From contig CATNEN010000007.1 of the NCBI GenBank assembly GCA_950097015.1, forward strand, positions 2,294,001 through 2,358,000: a stretch of DNA of 64,000 nt, in the 5' to 3' direction. This document shows, one piece after another, positions 1 to 9,600 of the stretch (the stretch's first letter is position 1; each line of letters begins with the position of its first letter). The stretch is from Macrostomum hystrix (taxonomy: Eukaryota > Animalia > Platyhelminthes). The position numbers and the translations under genes are program-made. The notes under the pieces were generated by a model that did no database searches, was not told where the DNA came from, and saw nothing but the letters and a program-made list of their open reading frames with translations.

Positions 1-12
1 TAAGAGGACCAC

Positions 13-2569
13 CTCAGGTGGTCCGCAGTCGCACTCCTCCCCAGTTTCCAGGATACCATTGCCGCACTGCGAGTTGCGGCCAGTGTAGTAGGACTTCTCA
101 GGGGCGTTCGCGAGACAGCTACGCCAGTCGGCCTTCATCTGTGACCTCCACGCATCCACAGTGCAGTTGGACCAGTCCAACACCCTCTGGCTGAAAGGGG
201 CGAGTGACGACTTGAAGCTTCAGTCATAGTGCCAAACCTTGAATCATTTAGTGACGCTACTGGCCCACGGCATTTTTTAGCTCTTTATTGCGCAATACGA
301 GCGAACCCATTCTACTGTAAAGTTTTGTTTCGAAATTTCTAATTCCGTTAGAAAAAGTAATGTTGAAAGGCGAAATAACCAAGAGTTAAGACTCACAGAC
401 TGGCCCATGTTGCGTGTGAATTCATTATACAGAAGCCTCTTGTGCAAGCACAACCTGCCACGTCCTGAACATGGCGAAACCCCAAATTATGTCCAATCTC
501 ATGAGCAAGAACCCATTCTGTATCGAACGATGACGAGTAAAGATCCTGTTATTTGTGAAGAGTTGACATTCATTTTGTCAGTTGGAGTGCCGCTTGAGGA
601 ATGCTATACAATAAATTACTTCACTTACCGTAACAATCGCCGCGGAATATTGCTGCATGCACAGGCCATTTAACCACGCCAAGCCCAGAATTCCGCTGCT
701 AGTTCGATTCCAGTGCATGGCACTGAAAAGACCGAATAATGCAATTTCAAGTGTGATTTCCGATTTTTCAAATCCAATAAAGACACATTGAGTATGATTA
801 CTTGCCTCATCAAAACAATAGTATCGTGCTGGACATTTATTTGAAACATTTTATACAAAGTGAAACGATACAGTGTATCGTCTGGATTCGTTGACGATGG
901 AAATACATCCGCAGACCAGACGATGATGTTTGTTAGTATTAGACTCAAGTTTAATCGTTTGTATATCTATTAGATTTAATATTCAAATGTAATTTGATCC
1001 TGATTTAGGGGTACTTTACACAAAGCAAACAGAAAATGAGACCTTCACCAACACTCACCCCGTTTGCATAGTTCGTGATCTGCATCACACGAGCAACTGC
1101 ATTTTCCTCACTACCTGTCTTATTTACCTGCAAAAAAATTTCATGTAAGATTTTTCATAACCAATGCACGGCAAATTTTACATTGACTAAGAAAAACTTG
1201 CGAAGCTCCGATCCACAACGATGACAAGCTCCAGCATCTTAGCGACAGAGGCGTCCTGAATGCCTCCTAGATTCAATGATCGCTTTCGACGGACAACTGG
1301 GTTCCTTAATTCTCGAAAGGAGCCACTCACATCCAGCTTAATATTACTCGGGTCTTCAGCGGGCATCTTATAGTGGCATCGGCTCTCGAAGTTGTCGATG
1401 CGCTTGAAGGTCTTGGCGACTGCAGGCTCTGTGCTGTTGCGTAAGCTAACCGCTCGGTACGAAGTTCCATTGTATGAGAATGTCAGTCTGCAAAGAATTC
1501 ACCAACAGAGAATGCGGATCTACAGCGTTCAATCGGCTGCAGATTCGTACCGAGTCACCATAGAGATACCTTAAGGACAACCCCGACCCTGAGTTCCATA
1601 GAACCCTGACAACCTTCCCACTCGGAAATCAGAAACATCTAGCGAGACGTTAAAGCTACAATGCCTAAAGTTTCTCATGAAAACAGTTATTTGCACAGAG
1701 TGCAGAGCAGAGATAGTTAATGAAATCCATTTTCTTTTCGATTGGAAACTTAATTTTTCTATATAATTCGTCACATAGCGACATTACGTAAAGTTTTTCT
1801 TGGGAAGGTGGGACGGTGGCAAACGTTATTTTTAGCATGCAGGCAACCTGAAAACCGAGCCGAAACCCGACCGATAACCTGAGCCCGAACATCCTTAACC
1901 CGAACCCTAAGCGGAAACCCGACTCAGAAACCCGAACACCCTTAGTGCAGGTACAATATCAAAGAGGTATCAGAAATTCTGTCTGGATGGTATGGATGAA
2001 AACTGCTATGGGGTAGGGAAATATAAAGGCCCTCCTGAATATTCAATATTTTTTCCCTTTCCGTTTGACTCGACACAAAGACGCCCACATACCTTAGACG
2101 CCATCGAAACTCGCTACCAAACACAGGGTCGCCAGTTTGTGAGTCGCTGCCTTGGTACAGGCACGGAGACCATTGTCTGGTTGTGAAGTTTTTTCTACTG
2201 GTATGAATAACGATGTCGTTATGGAAAACGTCACTGAAAATAAGGAAGGATATTAAGTATTTGAACTCGTTTTTGTTGAGACATCTTAACAGATGTCTGT
2301 TTTGAGTTTCCTACCTGTTAGATTGGCTCAGTGTAAAGTTGCGCAGTTCGGCTTCCTTGTCGATTCTCACCTGCACGGACACCCATGGCCTGCAGTTGCT
2401 TATCATGTCGTCTAAATTCCATCTGTATCTACCCTGTGCCGCAGCCGGGCAAAAGATGAAGCAGCTGATGCTGAGCACTGTGACGATATCAGCAAATTAT
2501 TCTTAGAAAGTTTTACTTCGGTATTGTTTGTTATTCTTAAACGGACTCACCAGCAATCCACTGAACCAT
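13..2569 (-). CDS. ADAM-family metalloprotease paralog A (signal peptide, prodomain, reprolysin M12B domain, start of disintegrin domain); C-terminal part lies beyond the left edge of the window
   Basis: Phase-consistent exons 2551-2569 (ATG, MVQWIA), 2315-2477, 2093-2233, 1202-1487, 1059-1127, 806-966, 629-722, 397-545 and 13-190. Translation shows a signal peptide (MVQWIAVLSISCFIFCPAAAQG), furin site RRKR, zinc motif HEIGHNLGFRH, Met-turn CIM and CGNGILETGEECDCG. Confidence 0.9.
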
Positions 2570-3634
2570 TACCAATGGCTGAATACTTTGTTTAAAACGG
2601 ACCACGTCGCGTCCTTTATTCACTGCTTCTTTTTCCTCTTGTCAGTTGCAGTTTCAGTCGCTTGATCTTCTTTTCATGGCAGGTTCGAGAACATTTACTA
2701 TGCTTCACACAATGAGCACGATGCTGTGAGAAAGGACCTACTCTTCTCTATATTACATATTATTTTATAACCCCTATATGACCGCCCACAGGTTCGTACC
2801 AGTTAGATTCATTCATTACCTTTATCAAGCGATGCTCGTGCACTTCAGAGCGCAACGCTTGGCCTCTATAAAAAAGCCTTATTTGAAGGCGCCATTCGCG
2901 CCAGTAGCAGTGCATGACACTTGAGCGAGCGCTCCTTCGTGAGCGAGGCACAATAGAGTTTGCCAGAATTGCTCATACTCGCATGAGGCAGTCCTGTTAG
3001 CAAGTTCCCATTCGGAAAGAAATATTTTGGCAAGCCAGAGTCCTTTCAACACTTTTTAAAGGTTTTCGCAAAAACACAAGCAGAATTGATGTAATTTCAT
3101 CTCGAAATTTATTAGTACAATGCATTACCTTTTGGCGCAGTATATTTAAAGGTATTTATGAGCAAAATAAAGGTAAAGGTATTTTGCTCGTATGAGCCAA
3201 TTTACGTCTTGTCAAGTAATCTAGATAAAAATAGCTCGTATGCAATTAATTTCAATTTCAGAAAGCCAAAAGTTAAAATGGCTTAAAAAACAAACAATAT
3301 AATTGTGTACTATTCTTTCTGGAGTAATTTTGCCTCTCGATAATACATGTTCATAGTTTTATGCCAAATACATGAGTGAATAATAATTATCTGAATGGCA
3401 GGATAATCACTGTTTGAGTAAGAAAATCATAATCAATCACAAAAAGTTTCCGGCCACCATCAGTTGTAAACTTTCTAATGAGAGCGTTAAGAATAAAAGT
3501 ATTCGCTACATATACTACTCACATTGGAAAATCTCAGGAAGTCCAAAGTTTCTTCTCGTTTTCTATATAGCAAAAATAAAATTCTAAAATCTTCAAAAGG
3601 CTTGGCTGTTTGCCTTAATGTGAGTCGTCATAAC

Positions 3635-6600
3635 TCAAAGATAAGCTGGCGGTGATTCATGGTTGGACCAGGCCTGCTGATGTGGTACAGTGTACACAGA
3701 CGGCACCTGCGAGTGAAAGGACGGCGGCGGCGCTGAAGGCGTGACCCTCGTTCCAGAGTAGTACGACGGCGGCTGCTGTGGGGTGACGAACAAGAAGGAG
3801 AAGCTGCGTGAATCATTGCAGTAGTAACATTTTCCTGGTTATTTTACCATAGCCATAGCTCGCATTTCTTTCCTACCAATTAAAGTTTTGTTTCCGTTTC
3901 AGAGTCAGGGGGTCAGTGGCAGAGTGCTTAATGCATCTGCCTCTCGCACCGATGTCTCTGAGCTCGATTCCGCAGTGAGGCCACATTAAAGTGGGGCTTG
4001 GGGGGCCTGGGTGCAATTTACGCCCCTGAGGGCCGACCTCCAAGGCACAGTGAGAGTGTACACTGTCTAACAATGAGAAAATCAGGGCCGATGTACAGAA
4101 CCTGTGTGAGCGAGTGCCTGCAAACGGTATCTGTGCCTGCATGTGTGCTCAGGAGTCAGCGAAATGGGGCTGAAAATTGTCTCCTCGCTGGCTGCAGGTT
4201 TAGTGTCACCAAATAATAATAATTATTATTATAGAAAATCTACATACTGATTGATTCCGAGCTTAATTACATGTGAAGAAAGGTTGCAAGCATTTTTGGT
4301 CCAATTTCACCCTCGGTAGCTCGTTGGCACTGTGCTTCTTCTACAAGTCTGGGAATGGCAACGTAATTGCCATTCTTTAAGCCTAGAAGCCTAACTTTTC
4401 AAGGCGTATGCAAAATGGGCGTGAAATCGCTTATGCAGTAGCTAGCTGACAAATAGAACATACAGCTAGAATAATTCGTATTAGGCCTTAATGCAAAATG
4501 TAATCCAGTCAGCATGGCTGTACAGCACGCTACTTGTGTCAGGTGAGTGGCAGAGCGGTCTAAAGGCTCGTTTACACTGCAATTAAATCACAAGTTTTAG
4601 CGCAGATTTTATAGAAAAAATATTTTTTTTCTGTTCAAATAAATGTTCATTCATTTACAATCACTTGCTCCAGCCTCGTTTGATAGATCGAGCTAAACTA
4701 GTGTAAATGAGTCTAAACGCGTTTGACTCTCGCACTAAGGTCTCTGAGCTGGATTCTGCGGCAAGGCCACACTGTGTGGAGAGAGGAGGGCTTTGAGCTC
4801 GTCGCGGAATTTTGGGCACTCAAGTATTATTATTACTTACTGTGCCTTGAGGGCCAACCTGTTAGGCACAGTAACTAATACAAATTGTAAGTGCCCAATT
4901 CATCTAGGTGGAGCTTGAGCAACTGAGTGATGACGCAGAGGCAGATATTTTCCAATATGTTACGAGCGTACATCTCCGCGTTTTCTGGGTCTCCGCGTTT
5001 GACCTGCGCCTGCCCCCAACCTCACACATATGTATTACATCGTTTCTATGCAGATGCTAGAACTATGATTGTTGAGTTTACTATCGGATTGACCAAAGGC
5101 CTGCTTGACAAAGGTCGTGTGCGAACTCACCTCAGGGAAGCCGTCTGGTTGGAAGGCAGCATTGACGGCAAATGACGGCGGTCGATTCAAAGGTCGTGGC
5201 GGCGGCGGTGGCGGCGGAGGAGGAGGAGGGAGCTGCGGCCTTAAGGATGCAGACGGTGGTGGATGGCGCTGCTGTCGCTGATTGTGCTGCATCTGCTGCT
5301 GCTGCTGCTGCTGCCGGGCGCGTTTTGCGCGACTCTTCTTCTGACTGGTGATGGCACAGTGTACACTGACAGAAATAATCACAATGAGAACGACTACACC
5401 AGCGGCAACCAGGATGGCGATGAGCTGCCAGACCAGCAGACCGAATATTGTGACTGAGTCAGCTCCGGAGCTCTGTGTACCGGACGGTGTCGAGAACATC
5501 AAAGTTTGACTTGTCGGCTTTGTAATCGGCGGGCTGATGGTGGTTCTGTTGGGGTCTGGATAATTTTGTTGATGTTTATAGTTAAATTGAATTACAAACT
5601 CGTAAATATTGAATACAATGAATGATTATTCGTTTACTCTACACGCTCTACACGCCAAACCCAATTCACTCCTACCAAAGCAGGCCAGCGGAGAAGATGT
5701 GGAGCCGCCGCAGCCGGTGGTCGCACAGGTGGGGGGTGAGAAGCCGACATTGCAGAAGCAGAGCTTCGCCTGGGTGAGTACACCGTTGCCATTGCAGTTA
5801 GGACAGGTGGGGCACGAGCGGACTGTGCTCAGAGCGGTGCAGGTCGAGTTGATGCACATCTGCAATAAAAATGGTTTTACAGTATTTTTGGATGCTTTTT
5901 ATAGATTTGTCCCAGGAAAGTGGTAGTATTTACTGAGTTTGTTCCACATTTGGCTCCGTTGGGTACAAAGCCGGGACTTCTTAGAGCTGACGATGAGAAG
6001 TCTATGCGAGGCTGCGAGTAACAGATGGTGCTGCCGCCGATGGTGACCTTGCTGCCGGTGGTGACGGTGGCTGTGTCGTAGCACTGAAGCAGGCCGCAGC
6101 CGGTGTTACTGCATGGGATTGATTAAAGTTCAAGGAACTGAAGGATATCTTTTCAGAGACTTTGACATGGTCCAAGCCAGGGTCGTGACGTGTTTGTGAA
6201 TCGGAGGTGGTTCATCAAAAGACTGGAAAATTTATTTTTATTCCCAAAGAAGACACGTTGGGCTGATGGCTGCTGTTGTACATCGAAAGACGTGAGTGTT
6301 GAATTTGCAGCCCGTTGATTATAACTTATTATATAGGGTACAAACATGACACTAGATGCTGGACGAAAGAGTCAGCGAGCTATGCCCAAAGACCAATAGA
6401 AGTATATAAGGACGGGAAACTCATTTCTAAGAAAAAATTGGATGCTGGTTATTACTGAAAAATCGCCTACAGAGAAAAGAAATTTTTTTAAGTTATTTTT
6501 TATGAAAGTTATTTTTTTCAGATTAAGTAGTTATCGTTTTTATTGGAAGCAGATACAAAGCACTCATTTTCCTAAAACTCATCTAACATGTTGCTATATA

Positions 6601-9600
6601 GGGAGCTTCTGAGTGTTGTTTCTTTCAGGAGCTTATTGCCCTTTTAGGCAAACTAGAAGGCCTGTTGAGAAAAGAAAAGTACCATTAAATCATTGTTTTC
6701 ACAAATAAATCTTGACAGAAAAACACGAAGCTATAAATAAGGTAGCTATTATCAAGAAATTATCCTTTATTGGTCTACAATCAACCACAGTTCGTTAGTA
6801 AACATTCTGTCACAAAATGTGTACAGAAAATGTGGAATTTTTATCTCCGTGGTGTATTTTTCGGCGAAACAAACTGCCTCCTAAAGGATAGTTGTTCCCG
6901 TAATTCTACTCCTTGTGGTGATAGTATGACTATTTTCGTATTTTTGTGACCCAGTAAGTGTTTGCCAGGAAATATTGAGAATAATTCGACTCATCTTCTG
7001 AATTTAATTTGCAAATGCTTTTTGGCTCATTTAGAAAATGCTGAAGCAATAAGATCTAAAAATAGTTTTATCTGAGTAAAATTAAGGATAATACCCAATT
7101 TTTGTTCAAGTGTATCTGTTACTTCATCAAATTTTCGACTACGATTGTTTAAGGATTTTTTAGACAATGAAGCGCAATATTTTCTCAGTCGTATATATAC
7201 GCCACAGTGCTGGCATAAGATTCCCAGATAATGTTTCTCAATTAAATTGGCTTTCTATTTTCATCGCCGTCCTTGTCCTTCCCAGTTATCCGACAGAGTC
7301 AAAAAGTCTGGTTTCCAACCGTGAACTGGTTGTTTGTGTTGACAACAGACCATAATTTCACAGCCTAAACAAACTAAAGCAGTAGAGACAGCTGCTTACG
7401 CGGAGGAGCATGAGGAAAACGAGTAAGACCGATTGAAGCCAGATCCCGAGACGAAGCTGGCCCCGTCGAGCTGCATGTTGCAGTGTCCGTAGATGTCGCC
7501 GCGGTTGTTCAGCTGAGTGTAACAGAGGCTGCTAGCAGTGGTGGCAGATGTGGAGTAGAGCTGCTTGCACTGTGAGTCTGTGGTCCGGCACTTGCCCTGG
7601 TAGCAGAACGCCTGGAGTTTAGATTAATTTCACATCGTCTAAAGCCATCTAGATTCATCCAATAACAGAATGATATATTTGGACCGGGGTTCCTAACACA
7701 GAGATGCCCCAAGTCATTCGCTAGTGCCCACTGGCTTACTTCCAGATTGTCTCACCTGGCCAGAAGCGCAGTCCACGCCGTCTGCTACTTTGTCATCGCT
7801 GGGGCACCACTCGCTCGAACCGCTGCAGGTTTCGGACATGTCGCATGGGCCGCTAGCGGCACGACAAACGTCGCCCCTGAGCCTGAGGGTGCAGGTGTTC
7901 CAGTTGCAGCAGGATCCAGAGGCGCAGGCGGCGCCCGCCTTTAGTCGGCAGGTGCTGGCTTCGCAGCAGGTCGAGGTGCAAGTCTGCAGTGGTTGTTAAT
8001 AGAATCGGCTGCTGTATGTTCTGACTTTCTGAATTGCTAAGATTTCCTTTCACTCTCTGCCAAACTCATTGGTGTTTTCAGTGAACTGAAAGCTAAGATT
8101 TGCGAAAATAATGCAGAACTCGAGACTTTCATTCAGTTTATTTGTTTTTTTCGGAAAAAGCATAAAACGACTTGCAAGTTAAGCTCGTTTAGTGAAAAAT
8201 CTAAAACGATTGTGGCCGTTTACCATTCCCTACGAACATTAGAATGTCTCATATAGTTGGAGATTGTAATCAAGATCCCATTCAAACCAATGCATAGCAT
8301 TTAGAATTGTGAAGAGCAGAAAAAGCCCTACAATGCGTCACAATAGACCATTTACCTGGCCTAAAGAGCTTTCAAGCCCTCGTAAAAGTTCAAGCTGTCT
8401 GACCCCTCAAACCTTGGCCTACAGCAAATAAAAAGCTGAGTAATAGGAGACATGCAGGGCCCTCACTTCGCACTTATTGTGTTTGCCTAATATAGAGCTG
8501 GATTATATTTTTCTAAATGCTTATTTAAGAAGAAATTCTCGCTCGCTGAGAATAAGCTCATATATTTGCATGTATGAGCTTGCATGGTACTGTTTTGTAT
8601 GTAACACTGCTCACTAATAAGCTTATCCACACCTCCATAGAAAGCAATCTATGAACTGATGTGCTAAGATACGAAACATACGAGTAATAATTGCAGGAGG
8701 GCTGTGGGTTAAGGCACATCATTAGGTGACACTGGACCCGCAGCCAGCGGGGAGGCAATTCTGCCCATTTCGCTTTTCTCATCGTCAGGCAGTGTACTTT
8801 TCACTGTGCCTTCGAGGTTGGCCGTCAAGGGTGTAAATTGCACGACTAGCCCCTAGCCTTCGTATAAGCAATGTGGCCTCGGCGCCGAATCCAGCTCAGG
8901 GACCTTGGTGCGAGAGGCAAACGCGTTAACCGCTCCGTCATTCACCCCCGAAAAGAGACTTACTATATGGAACGAATTGCGTCCTCACTGCATACCCATG
9001 ACTGTTTCCACAACCCCGTGAAGCTATAAACATGGGTGTTGGTTGAGCTCACCTCAGCGGGGCCGCAGTCGCACTGCTCGCCGGACTCCAGGATGCCATT
9101 GCCACACAGCGGACTGCGGCTGCTGTAGTATGACGCATCTGGAGCGTCCGCCAAGCAGCTTCGCCAGGTTGTGTTCACCTGTGAGTTCCAGGCATTCACT
9201 GAACAAGTTGACCAGTCGAGAACTGTTACACTGCAATTGGACGATTGATGAATAAGTATCAATGAAGATTTTGCCAGATTTTTTATAGAAATTCCTTTAC
9301 AAATGGCCGATCCCGCTCTCTTACCGGTAGGAGGGTGACAAATAGGCGTTCATGATGCAACCACCGGTTTTGCTGCACGTACAGCCAGCCACATCCTCAA
9401 CATGGCTGAACCCCAGGTTGTGCCCGATCTCGTGGGTCAGGGTCCAGGCTGTACTGATCGACTCTGGATACTTATCCTGGGCAATATAGTGCATTTTAGC
9501 TCGTAGATTAATGTCATGAAATTCATCACAATAACGCTTTAAAGAATATTCGAAAAATCGTCACTTAAACGCATTCATCGCATAATTTTTTCGCCAATAT

